Source: an uncultured Clostridia bacterium
GTDB taxonomy: Bacteria > Bacillota > Clostridia > Christensenellales > UBA1242
NCBI GenBank assembly: GCA_934746715.1
Contig: CAKVFI010000003.1
Location: 164,741 to 228,740 of the forward strand
Direction of reading: 5' to 3'
DNA: 64,000 nt
Made by a program: the position numbers and the translations under genes. Under the pieces are notes generated by a model. That model saw only the letters and a list, made by a program, of their open reading frames with translations. It was not told the DNA's origin and did no database searches. Every line of letters begins with the position of its first letter. Within the stretch, counting starts at the first letter, position 1. Shown here piece by piece: positions 38,519 through 47,614 of this stretch.

Positions 38519-38800
38519 ATGAAAGAAGTTCATTATTATCAAGCATTAATGAAAATGGGGCATATGGGTGCTGGTAATCATTTGCAAGTTAACATTTTTA
38601 TTAAATCTCACAATTTAATTTCGGCAATAACAAAGGCACAAAAAATTCCAGCAATCAAGCACAATGAAATGCCAATTTCAATCAAAGAAATTAGCTACGA
38701 AGAATATTTAATAGGTATTGAAAAAGGCGAATATTATACAAGAATGAGCGCAATTTCAAATGCCAAGGAGAAGCATGAAAAAAGTTACAATTTATACTGA
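38519..38800 (+). CDS. hypothetical 93-aa protein overlapping the rnhA start
   Basis: ATG 38519 lies directly behind a promoter. MKEVHYYQALMKMGHMGAGNH... has no domain I recognise. Its 3' end overlaps rnhA by 26 nt. Confidence 0.5.
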   Translation: MKEVHYYQALMKMGHMGAGNHLQVNIFIKSHNLISAITKAQKIPAIKHNEMPISIKEISYEEYLIGIEKGEYYTRMSAISNAKEKHEKSYNLY

Positions 38801-39215
38801 TGGCGCGTGCAGTGGCAATCCGGGTGCCGGTGGATGGGGCGCAGTTTTGTTTTATAAAGATAGTATGAAGGAAATCAGCGGTTTTGAAGCATCAACGACA
38901 AACAACAAAATGGAATTGACTGCTGCTATCAACGCAATTGAATTGCTTAAAGAACCTTGCGAGATTGATTTGTATAGCGACAGTGCTTATCTTGTCAATG
39001 GATTTTTGCAAAATTGGGTTACTAATTGGCAGATGAATGGTTTTAAAAACGCCAAAAAGAAGCCAGTGGAAAATGCCGATTTGTGGCGTAAGTTGATTGA
39101 ATTAAATTCAACACACAAAATCACATGGATTAAGGTTAAAGGCCATGCAGACAACAAATACAACAATCGTTGCGATGAATTGGCAACGGGAGAAATTGCA
39201 AAACATAGCAATTAA
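38775..39215 (+). CDS. rnhA: ribonuclease HI
   Basis: ATG 38775 lies behind AAGGAG. DEDD residues are in IYTDGAC, NNKMELTA, YSDSAY and GHADNKYNNRCDELA. Confidence 0.93.
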   Translation: MKKVTIYTDGACSGNPGAGGWGAVLFYKDSMKEISGFEASTTNNKMELTAAINAIELLKEPCEIDLYSDSAYLVNGFLQNWVTNWQMNGFKNAKKKPVENADLWRKLIELNSTHKITWIKVKGHADNKYNNRCDELATGEIAKHSN

Positions 39216-39242
39216 AATAAAATTTTTGACTTTTGAACAAAC

Positions 39243-39275
39243 AAAAAAAACACCAGATTTACTGGTGGTTTTTTG
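39243..39275. terminator. bidirectional terminator (rnhA / ABC operon)
   Basis: A8-CACCAG-attta-CTGGTG-g-T6. Confidence 0.85.
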
Positions 39276-41030
39276 TTATATTTCCTTGCGTTTGAATATC
39301 TTTGCAGAAACAATATTGCACACAACAATAATAACAGCAATTGTAAGCAAGGTTAAAGCCAAATTTGTGGTTGGATAAACTTTTGCCCCCATAAGCATGT
39401 TAAATGCATTTTGGGAGTTAGCAACCAAAGAACTGCCGAACAATGAATACAACGAAATGTGGCTAAATGGGTAATAAGCAAGCCAGCCAATTGAAGAACT
39501 TGAGAAAATTGGCAAAAGCACATTGATTAAGTACACAACCATTAAAATTGTTACAGCAAGGATATCTGATTTAATGAATGTTGAAAGCAACAATGCGATA
39601 GACAAGTAAACAAGCAACTCAAAAATCAAACTAATTAAATAAATCAAAATCATAACAATTGGGTGGAGTGTTATGGCATATTTGCCAGCAAAAACTGTCA
39701 AAATCATTTGAGATTTAAGACCATAAATAAAGCCACCAACAACAATTGAAATCACGCCACTAAAAGCAATCAAAATGATAGACATAAGGGCAATGGCAAT
39801 AAATTTGCCAAACAAAATTGATGTGCGTTTAACTGGCCTTATTGCCAAATATCTCATTGTGCCTTCTTTAATTTCGCCAGCGATTGTGTGTGCGCCCGCC
39901 ATGATTGCATAAGCAATAATAACAAAAGAGAACATCTTCATAATAAAGTAAGCATAATCATAACCATTTGTTTCGTTGTTGGAAGTAATGCCAATTGTCA
40001 AAGGAAGGGCAAAATCAGCAAGATTTTTGTTTTTGTTGAAAAGGTAATTGTATTTAATCAACCAAGATTGGGATTCCATTAAGGTTTCATTTTCCAAATA
40101 CAACAAACTGCCTTTATCTTTTGTTTTTACAGTTGTAAGAGCGTTTGTCAACAAATCATATTTAATTAAGTTTGCATATGTTTGGCTGCAACTATAATAA
40201 TTTGTAATCAAATTTTTGATTTTGTTAATTTTTTCTTCATTAAGATTTTCGTCGGCAGAAGTTTGAGCTTCGGTTTTTAATGCTTCAATTTGTTGCAGAA
40301 TTTCGTTTTTGTTTTCAGTAAAAGCACTATATTTTGAATTGTTGCCATCAACTGTGTAATCGTTAACTTTTTCTGCTGAAATGGTAGGGTAGTAAAGTGT
40401 TGCCAAGCAATTTTCAATTTGTGATTTGTAATTGGTGCTAAATTCATCACAAATTTCTGCAATCTTTGATGTTTTTGTTTTTAAGAGATTGTACGCTTCG
40501 CCATAAAGTGAAGTAAGATTGTCATAATTTGTCTTTGTTGAAATAACTGGATAACTGCTTTGATTGTTCAAGTTTAAACCATTGTTTACAGTGTCGTAAA
40601 GAGATTTTAAACTATCCAACATTTTTGTGCGCTTTTCATTTGTGTATTCTTCGTTGGAAACAGGCAAAAATGCACATTGATTGTATAAATTAAAGTTATA
40701 TTCAAAATCTTGTTTTAAATCATCAACCTTTTGGGCATATGTTTTGCCATCAATATAATAATTGTTTAAAGAAGCAATTGATGAAGCAACAATGTCATCT
40801 GCTTCAAGTTTTAATCCATAACTTGCGCCATCGCCAAAATCCGTGGAGTAAATATCCAAAATTGTGTTGCCAGCAAATTCGATTGAATTTGTTTTTTGAT
40901 GTTCTGGCTTGTAAATTAACACCCCCAAAACCATAATTATGGCAAGCAAAAGTGCCAAGATGTAAATCCCTGGCTTTGAAACTGTTTTTTTAAGTTCTGC
41001 TTGAATAACTTTGTTCATATTTATCCTCAT
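39276..41030 (-). CDS. ABC-2 type transporter permease with a large extracytoplasmic loop (about 330 aa)
   Basis: One N-terminal TM, a long N/Y/T-rich soluble region, then 5 C-terminal TM. Start/stop overlap with the ATPase gene. Confidence 0.75.
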   Translation of the reverse strand: MRINMNKVIQAELKKTVSKPGIYILALLLAIIMVLGVLIYKPEHQKTNSIEFAGNTILDIYSTDFGDGASYGLKLEADDIVASSIASLNNYYIDGKTYAQKVDDLKQDFEYNFNLYNQCAFLPVSNEEYTNEKRTKMLDSLKSLYDTVNNGLNLNNQSSYPVISTKTNYDNLTSLYGEAYNLLKTKTSKIAEICDEFSTNYKSQIENCLATLYYPTISAEKVNDYTVDGNNSKYSAFTENKNEILQQIEALKTEAQTSADENLNEEKINKIKNLITNYYSCSQTYANLIKYDLLTNALTTVKTKDKGSLLYLENETLMESQSWLIKYNYLFNKNKNLADFALPLTIGITSNNETNGYDYAYFIMKMFSFVIIAYAIMAGAHTIAGEIKEGTMRYLAIRPVKRTSILFGKFIAIALMSIILIAFSGVISIVVGGFIYGLKSQMILTVFAGKYAITLHPIVMILIYLISLIFELLVYLSIALLLSTFIKSDILAVTILMVVYLINVLLPIFSSSSIGWLAYYPFSHISLYSLFGSSLVANSQNAFNMLMGAKVYPTTNLALTLLTIAVIIVVCNIVSAKIFKRKEI

Positions 41031-41962
41031 TAAAAAATGCTTGTTGATGGCCTATTTGATTGGAGAATTTCAAAATACAATTGTTCCAATGTTTTTGTTA
41101 TCTTTTTCACACCATAAATTTTAACTCTTTTGCTGGTTAAGTAGGAGATAACAACAGCAATATTTGCTTCTCTCACTGGCAAAATTAATGAGTTGCCAAT
41201 CACTTGACCTACAATGTTATATTTTTGTTTAACAACAAGGGCTGCATAGTTAGGGTAATTGCACAGCAATTGCAATTGTTGATTGCTTGCAACTTGCTCT
41301 TTTATGTCGTGCATAGTGCGTTGTTGCAACATTTTGCCGTTGTTGATTATGCCAATCACATCACACAACTGTTCAAGTTCTGCCAAATTATGGCTTGAAA
41401 TAAGGATTGCAATTTTTTCTTTTTCTGCCAAAACACGCAAAATGTTGCGCATTTCAACAATTCCGTTTGGGTCTAAGCCATTTGTTGGTTCGTCCAAGAT
41501 CAACAAACTAGGGTGGTTTAACAATGCTTGTGCAATGCCAAGGCGTTGCTTCATGCCAAGAGAGTAAGTTGAAACTTTGTCTTTAATGCGTTGTTCCATG
41601 CCAACAAGTTTAACAATTTGAGGAATACGCTCAACTGCTTTTTTGCCGTAAAATTTTGCAAACAATTGCAAGTTTTTAAGCCCAGATAAGTAAGGGTACA
41701 ATTGTGGTGTTTCAATAACTGCACCAATAAGCGAAAGTGCATGATTGTGTGATTTTTCAACGCTGTAACCAGATATCTTTATATTGCCTTCGTTAGCGTC
41801 AATCAAACCTGTTATCATACGGATTGTTGTTGATTTGCCAGCGCCATTTGGGCCAACAAAGCCATAGATTTGACCAGGATAAATGGAGAATGAAACATTA
41901 TCAACAACTTTTTTGTTGCCGTAAATTTTTGTTACATTTGAAACTTGAAGAGCAGGTATCAT
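41030..41962 (-). CDS. ABC transporter ATP-binding protein
   Basis: Walker A GPNGAGKST, signature YSLGMKQR, Walker B LLILDEP. Confidence 0.93.
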   Translation of the reverse strand: MIPALQVSNVTKIYGNKKVVDNVSFSIYPGQIYGFVGPNGAGKSTTIRMITGLIDANEGNIKISGYSVEKSHNHALSLIGAVIETPQLYPYLSGLKNLQLFAKFYGKKAVERIPQIVKLVGMEQRIKDKVSTYSLGMKQRLGIAQALLNHPSLLILDEPTNGLDPNGIVEMRNILRVLAEKEKIAILISSHNLAELEQLCDVIGIINNGKMLQQRTMHDIKEQVASNQQLQLLCNYPNYAALVVKQKYNIVGQVIGNSLILPVREANIAVVISYLTSKRVKIYGVKKITKTLEQLYFEILQSNRPSTSIF

Positions 41963-41974
41963 AAAACTCCTAAA

Positions 41975-43324
41975 TTATTTTGTGGTTTTGTTAACCATAT
42001 AAACAGCCAACAAATCAATCCAGATTGGTGTAACTAGCAAAATTGGTGCATACAAATTTGCAAAATTACTACCACTAAACATACTAGATATTGTGTTGTT
42101 GCCAATTGATATACTCGAAATAATGCTTATAACTACAACCAATAGGGTAATGGCTGCTGCTAAAATAATGCGTAATTTCAATTTAACCGAATAATTCCCA
42201 TTTTGAACTTTTAATCGCAGATCATCATTTTTGGCAATTCCAAAATATAGATAAATCAAAGTGCAAACAACACCCAAAATGAATGCTACGTAATAAAATG
42301 CACTTATATTGTTGTTTTTTACACCAACAAGGCAGATAAACAGCATAATAAAAGAGTAAAAAGCAGTTAAAATTGTTTTTATCAAACAGCCTTTGGCAAA
42401 GCGTTTTGCTTTTATGTATTCCTTTTTTGTTTTAAAATCAACATAATCAACATACTTGACGTTGCCAAATGTCAAATCAGCATTAGATATTTTAGGAGTA
42501 ACAGCATTTAAATTGTCAAATTGTTGTTCAAAATCTTTAAGTTCTGCTTTTGGTGCAGGGGATTTTTCAACAAATTTGGCAACATTTTTGTTTTCTGCAA
42601 ACTGTTCAACATTTTGTTTTGTTTCATCTTTCAAAAAACTGCTGTTCAATTTGTTCATTTCAACTGTTGTTTTGTTGTCAATATCATTAGACGCAAAAAC
42701 ATCGGTTGTATTAACAACAGAAGCAATAGGTGTTTGTTGTTCTGCAGCGTTGTCCGCAATCAAGTCCATAATTGAAAATGATTTTTCTTCTTCTGCTGGT
42801 TGTTTTTCTTCAAATGTTGGTTCAACTTTTGGTTGATTTTCATCAAAAAGTGGGGCAGCATTGTTTGTTTGATTGTCTATTAATAAATCAGTTGATTGGC
42901 TGGTTTGTTTTTGAGCAAAGTTTGTTTCCTCAATTATGTTGTTGGTTTGCACTGGTTCAAAATTGGTATTTTCATGATTAGTTTCAATGTTTTCATCTGC
43001 AATTGGCAAATCTTCATTTTCTTCTTGTTCAGACATCAAAATATTTTTAACACATACATCAAAAGAAGGCAAAGTTGAAAGTTGAGCTTTGCCATTTTCT
43101 GTTATTTTGTAATAATGTCGTTTGCCACCAATTTCACTATCTTCCCAGTACGATGAAATAAATTTTGATTTTTCCAACTTTTTCAAAACAGTGTAAAGGG
43201 TAGGCTGTTTTATTTGAATTTTTTGATTTGATTTGTCCTCAATTGCTTTTGTAAGTTCAAACCCATATTTGTTGCCAGTAGACAATTCAATTAAAATCAA
43301 AGGTATTAAATCTGCAGTTTTCAT
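41975..43324 (-). CDS. PadR-family winged-helix regulator fused to a long linker and a 4-5 TM C-terminal domain
   Basis: GNKYGFELTKAIE...QPTLYTVLKKLEKSKFISSYWEDSEIGGKRHYYKITENG is a PadR domain. The C-terminus is hydrophobic. I take the start at ATG 43324. Confidence 0.82.
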   Translation of the reverse strand: MKTADLIPLILIELSTGNKYGFELTKAIEDKSNQKIQIKQPTLYTVLKKLEKSKFISSYWEDSEIGGKRHYYKITENGKAQLSTLPSFDVCVKNILMSEQEENEDLPIADENIETNHENTNFEPVQTNNIIEETNFAQKQTSQSTDLLIDNQTNNAAPLFDENQPKVEPTFEEKQPAEEEKSFSIMDLIADNAAEQQTPIASVVNTTDVFASNDIDNKTTVEMNKLNSSFLKDETKQNVEQFAENKNVAKFVEKSPAPKAELKDFEQQFDNLNAVTPKISNADLTFGNVKYVDYVDFKTKKEYIKAKRFAKGCLIKTILTAFYSFIMLFICLVGVKNNNISAFYYVAFILGVVCTLIYLYFGIAKNDDLRLKVQNGNYSVKLKLRIILAAAITLLVVVISIISSISIGNNTISSMFSGSNFANLYAPILLVTPIWIDLLAVYMVNKTTK

Positions 43325-43437
43325 AACACCCCTTATTGCGTTAATCACAACAAACAACATCATCAAGCATGTGTGGCAATCATGTTTATTGCAAAAAACA
43401 ACAAAACATCTAATCTACGAGATATTTTCCTTTAATT

Positions 43438-43466
43438 ATTATAAATAATTAAGTTAGGATAGTCAA
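43438..43466 (-). promoter_or_regulatory. promoter of the PadR-ABC operon
   Basis: Minus strand: TTGACT (43466-43461), 17 nt spacer, TATAAT (43443-43438). Confidence 0.7.
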
Positions 43467-43534
43467 ACAAAAAGCATTTATTATTAAATTTTGGCTTTTA
43501 CAAAGCTCTAAATCAAGCAAAAAAACGCAAAAAA

Positions 43535-44119
43535 TTAAAACTTTGTGCGAATTAAGCCAACAACTTTGCCCAAAATTTGCAAATGGTCTGTGATAATAGG
43601 ACGCATAAAAGAGTTTTCTGGTTGAAGCCTAAAATAGCCATTTTCCTTATAATATCTTTTTACTGTTGCTTCATTGTCAATCAAACAAGCAACAATTTCG
43701 CCATTATTTGCAACTGATTGTTGAGAAATAACAACAAAATCTCCATCATAAATTCCAACATTAATCATGCTGTCACCTTTAACTTTTAAAACAAACATAT
43801 TATTGCCAGAAAACATATTTTCAGATATAATTATTTTTTCAGTTAAATTTTCTTCTGCTAAAATTGGTTGACCTGCAGCAATTGTGCCAAGCAAGGGCAG
43901 AGTGATGCTTGGTATGGTAGGCTCGTTTAATTCAATTGCTCTATTTTTGTTTTCATTTCTGGATATTTTGCCAAGTTTTTCAAGCTTTTTCAAATGATAA
44001 AAAGCTGTTGAAGTAGAATCAAAATTCAAACTTGCGCAAATTTCCCTTACAGTTGGCGGATATTTGTTTTTTTCTATATAATCGCAAATAAATTGGTAAG
44101 TTTTTTCGGTCATATTCAT
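43535..44119 (-). CDS. lexA: LexA repressor
   Basis: wHTH PPTVREICASL, cleavage site AAGQPI, Ser in VKGDSM and Lys in TVKRY. ATG 44119 lies behind GAGGTGA. Confidence 0.95.
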   Translation of the reverse strand: MNMTEKTYQFICDYIEKNKYPPTVREICASLNFDSTSTAFYHLKKLEKLGKISRNENKNRAIELNEPTIPSITLPLLGTIAAGQPILAEENLTEKIIISENMFSGNNMFVLKVKGDSMINVGIYDGDFVVISQQSVANNGEIVACLIDNEATVKRYYKENGYFRLQPENSFMRPIITDHLQILGKVVGLIRTKF

Positions 44120-44142
44120 AAATTTCACCTCAATTTTATTGT

Positions 44143-44171
44143 ATAATAACAAAAAAATACAATTCTGTCAA
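44143..44171 (-). promoter_or_regulatory. lexA promoter
   Basis: Minus strand: TTGACA (44171-44166), 17 nt spacer, TATTAT (44148-44143). Confidence 0.7.
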
Positions 44172-44182
44172 ACATTTGTTCG
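44169..44182 (-). promoter_or_regulatory. LexA (Cheo) box overlapping the lexA -35
   Basis: The minus strand reads CGAACAAATGTTTG, against consensus CGAAC-N4-GTTCG (one mismatch). Confidence 0.7.
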
Positions 44183-44215
44183 ATAAAATTGTATTAAAAT
44201 TAAATTTTTGTTTGA

Positions 44216-45268
44216 TTATACTTCATCATTTTTTAGTTTAACTTTGCCGGCAACTGCTTTTCTAATGTCATCACTGATTGCTGCATAGTGCTTTTTGGTT
44301 GTGTTAACATCTTTGTGACCCAAAACTTCTGCAACGATGTAAATGTCTTTTGTTTCCTTGTAAAGGTTTGTGCCATAGGTGGAGCGGAGTTTGTGAGGGG
44401 TAATGTTTTTTAAAGGTGTGGCAACTTTTGCATATTTTTTAACTAAATATTCCATGGTTCTAACCATCATTCGTTTGCCTTGGCTGGAAATAAACAAAGC
44501 GCGTTCTTCCTTTGGAATTTGCAAAGTTTCACGATATTGCAGATAGCTTTTTAAGGCTTCAGCTGTGTCCTCGCCAAAATATAGGATAACTTGATTGCCA
44601 CCTTTGCGCGTTACACGGAAAGAGTTTAAGTTAAAGTTTAAATCATCAATATTGAGCCCAACACATTCACTAACACGAATGCCTGTGGTTAAAAACAAGG
44701 ATAAAATCGCATTATCTCTAACTTTAAATTTTTCGTTGTATTTGCGTTGATGCTCGCCGAAGCCAGTCAAAGTATCGCAAGAATACATTAATTCTTCAGT
44801 TTCTTGTTGTTCCAAACGAATGATAGGTTTATCATGCAATTTTGGAGATTTAACCTTGCTGGCGACATTTGCTTTTAACATGTCTTTGTAAAAAAAGTAC
44901 TTAAAAAATGCTCGAAGGGTAGACAATTTGCGAAGTTTGCCACGCTCGCCATTGGTTAAAATTTCGCCATCTTCTTTGTCATAATATGACAAATATGCTA
45001 AAAATCTTTCAATAAGTTGAGCATCAATTCCATCAATATCGCTTAAAGTGATATCTGTAACTTTTTTGTTAAAAAATCCAGTTTCATAGGTAATCAAATA
45101 ATTAAAAAAGGTTTTTAAGTCAACAGCGTAATTTAAACGCGTTAGTGGGGTGGTGGTGTCCTGAATGCCAATAAAGAAAATGCTGCAAAAACTTGGCAAA
45201 TCAGTCAACATCTCATTCAATTTGCGCATATTGTTGCGATTTCTATCTAAATAATAGTTATTTGACAT
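44216..45268 (-). CDS. tyrosine site-specific recombinase (Xer-like, 350 aa)
   Basis: Catalytic set: TGIRVSE (Arg), HKLRST (HxxR), LGH, KKHY (Tyr). SD AAGGATG. Flanked by housekeeping genes. Confidence 0.9.
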   Translation of the reverse strand: MSNNYYLDRNRNNMRKLNEMLTDLPSFCSIFFIGIQDTTTPLTRLNYAVDLKTFFNYLITYETGFFNKKVTDITLSDIDGIDAQLIERFLAYLSYYDKEDGEILTNGERGKLRKLSTLRAFFKYFFYKDMLKANVASKVKSPKLHDKPIIRLEQQETEELMYSCDTLTGFGEHQRKYNEKFKVRDNAILSLFLTTGIRVSECVGLNIDDLNFNLNSFRVTRKGGNQVILYFGEDTAEALKSYLQYRETLQIPKEERALFISSQGKRMMVRTMEYLVKKYAKVATPLKNITPHKLRSTYGTNLYKETKDIYIVAEVLGHKDVNTTKKHYAAISDDIRKAVAGKVKLKNDEV

Positions 45269-45382
45269 ACAACATCCTTAATATTTAATAATTTTTAAAT
45301 AGGTATATAAATATTTTAACATCTTTGCGTAAAAAGTCAAAACAAATTTGGGATTTTTAAAAAAATTTTATTATAAAATTGG

Positions 45383-45412
45383 TTGACAAAATTAAATTGA
45401 TTGGTTTATACT
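45383..45412 (+). promoter_or_regulatory. promoter of the serS leader
   Basis: TTGACA (45383-45388), 18 nt spacer, TATACT (45407-45412). Confidence 0.7.
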
Positions 45413-45424
45413 AAAAATAGTTTA

Positions 45425-45651
45425 ATTTGTCGTTTGAAAGGGACTAATGCAGGCTGGAAGTGTTAGAGAGTATCGCGGTTGGTGAAAGCGATTCATGAAA
45501 GGTTTGTGTGTCTACCCCTTGAGACACCTGGCAATGCGGGGCCGAAATGCACGGCAAAACAATGCATTTAAGAGTGGAACATTTTTGTTAATGTTCAAAT
45601 AGAGTGGCACAGTGGTTAATATCACCTCTAGTTTTAGTGGTGATTTTTTTA
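45425..45651 (+). promoter_or_regulatory. T-box leader (tRNA-Ser responsive) with terminator
   Basis: Stem I elements AGAGAG and GGTGAAA. Candidate specifier TCT-A at 45511-45514. T-box AATAGAGTGGCACAGTGG with UGGC (matches discriminator G). Terminator ATCACCTCTA-gttt-TAGTGGTGAT followed by T7. Confidence 0.85.
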
Positions 45652-45709
45652 TACTTTGTATAGTGTAAATTTAAAAACAATCACACAATATATAGATATA
45701 GGAGAAATT

Positions 45710-46996
45710 ATGATTGATATCAATTTAATTAGAAACACACCAGATTTGGTTAAAGAAAACATTAAAAAGAAATTTCAAGATCAAAAATTGCACTTGGTTG
45801 ATGAAGTTTTGGAGTGGGACAAAGATGTTCGCCTTTTAAAGCAAGAAGGCGATGATTTGCGCGCAAAACGTAACAGTTTGTCTCAACAAATTGGTTTGTT
45901 GATGCGTGAAAAACGCGTTGAAGAAGCAAACGAAATTAAGGCGACAGTTGTTAAAAATAATGAGCGCATTGCTGAAATTGAGCAACAAGTTGCTGAATAC
46001 AACGACAAAATTAAGCAAAACATGATGGCAATACCAAATATTATTGACCCATCAGTTCCAATTGGTAAGGACGATAGTCAAAATGTTGAAGTTCAACGCT
46101 TTGGTGAAGCAAAAGTTCCAGATTATGAAATTCCTTACAATGCAGATATTTTAAATGCTGTTGGTGGGTTGGACAAGGAAAGTGCTGGCAGAACATCTGG
46201 CGCAGGTTTTTACTATTTAATTGGCGATATTGCAAGGTTGCATGAAGCAATGATTGCTTACGCCAGAGATTTTATGATTAATCAAGGATTTGTTTACTGC
46301 ATTCCACCTTTTATGATTCACGGAGATGTTGTTAATGGCGTTATGAGTTTTGCCGAGATGGACGCTATGATGTACAAAATTGAAGGCGAAGATTTATATT
46401 TGATTGGCACAAGTGAACACAGCATGATTGGTAGATTTAAAGACCAAATAATCAAGGAAGAAGAATTGCCAATTAGAATGACATCATACAGCCCTTGTTT
46501 TAGAAAAGAGGGCGGAGCACATGGCTTGGAAGAACGTGGCATTTATCGTGTTCATCAATTTGAAAAGCAAGAAATGATTGTGCTTTGCAAGGCAGAAGAA
46601 GCAATGGATTGGTACAACAAAATGTGGCAATATACTGTTGATGTGTTTAGAAATCTTGAAATTCCTGTGCGTCAACTTGATTGTTGTTCAGGCGATTTGG
46701 CAGATTTAAAAGTTAAATCTTGCGACATCGAAGCATGGAGCCCAAGGCAACAAAAGTATTTTGAAGTTGGCTCTTGCTCAACATTAGGCGATGCTCAAGC
46801 AAGGAGATTGAACATTCGTGCAAAGGGCAAAGATGGCACATATCTTGTTAACACATTAAACAATACAGTGCTTGCAAGCCCAAGAGCAATTATTGCGTTT
46901 ATTGAAAATCATTATCAAAAAGATGGCTCAATAACAATCCCAGAATGCTTGCAAAGTTATATGGGTGGCAAAAAAATTATTATGCCAAAAAAATAA
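45710..46996 (+). CDS. serS: seryl-tRNA synthetase
   Basis: MIDINLIRNTPD... coiled-coil arm and class II motifs (FRKEGGAHG, RVHQFEKQE, GSCSTLGDAQARR). ATG 45710 lies behind AGGAG. Confidence 0.96.
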   Translation: MIDINLIRNTPDLVKENIKKKFQDQKLHLVDEVLEWDKDVRLLKQEGDDLRAKRNSLSQQIGLLMREKRVEEANEIKATVVKNNERIAEIEQQVAEYNDKIKQNMMAIPNIIDPSVPIGKDDSQNVEVQRFGEAKVPDYEIPYNADILNAVGGLDKESAGRTSGAGFYYLIGDIARLHEAMIAYARDFMINQGFVYCIPPFMIHGDVVNGVMSFAEMDAMMYKIEGEDLYLIGTSEHSMIGRFKDQIIKEEELPIRMTSYSPCFRKEGGAHGLEERGIYRVHQFEKQEMIVLCKAEEAMDWYNKMWQYTVDVFRNLEIPVRQLDCCSGDLADLKVKSCDIEAWSPRQQKYFEVGSCSTLGDAQARRLNIRAKGKDGTYLVNTLNNTVLASPRAIIAFIENHYQKDGSITIPECLQSYMGGKKIIMPKK

Positions 46997-47028
46997 TCAA
47001 AATTTAAAATTTTAATTAAACAATAAAG

Positions 47029-47063
47029 AACCAATCACACAAAAAATCTGTGGTTGGTTTTTT
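47029..47063 (+). terminator. terminator after serS
   Basis: AACCAATCACA-caaaaaatc-TGTGGTTGGTT followed by T4. Confidence 0.8.
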
Positions 47064-47510
47064 ACGCAAAGATATTGTTTTTGACAATAACTATCTTATT
47101 AAGTCAAAAATTATTGAATATAACAAATCTGCAATTAATATGATTTTTTGTAACTCAAAATGTTAAACATATAAAATGTCGCTTGCAAAACAATTTTTGA
47201 TAAAAATTGGATTTTAAATTTAAAATAGTCTTTTCAAATGTTTATCTTAAAATCATCAAAAAATAGGATAGTGCTAAAATGCTCTCAGAGCGATTTTGGA
47301 TAAAAAAGATGAAGGATTGGTCATCTAAAATTTTGTAGATTGATTTTAAACTAGGTAAAATTTTTTTCTTTATTAAAATTTTGCAATTTTAGGTTGAAAC
47401 ATTCAAACACACAATTAATCAAAACAAAGAAATGTTACACACAGACTTAAAAGAATTTTTAATAAAATAAAGTGTTTTGATAAAATTGTTTAAGAAGAAA
47501 TATTAAAAAA

Positions 47511-47592
47511 CTATCCACACAATAGTTAGTCGAAATTTGGTGCAAATTATAATAAACAAAACTAAATGTGGAAAAAATTAGGGTTATCCACG
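47511..47592. promoter_or_regulatory. cluster of three 8/9 matches to the DnaA box TTATCCACA
   Basis: cTATCCACA at 47511-47519 (+), TGTGGAAAA at 47567-47575 (rc TTtTCCACA), TTATCCACg at 47584-47592 (+). Confidence 0.4.
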
Positions 47593-47614
47593 CAAAATAT
47601 TGTCTATTTTATAT

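Noticed and set aside
44216-45268. Tyrosine recombinase as a marker of a prophage, ICE or genomic island
   Set aside because: It is flanked directly by lexA and T-box-serS. No phage, conjugation or cargo genes are present, and it is not next to a tRNA. It is more consistent with a chromosomal Xer-type recombinase.
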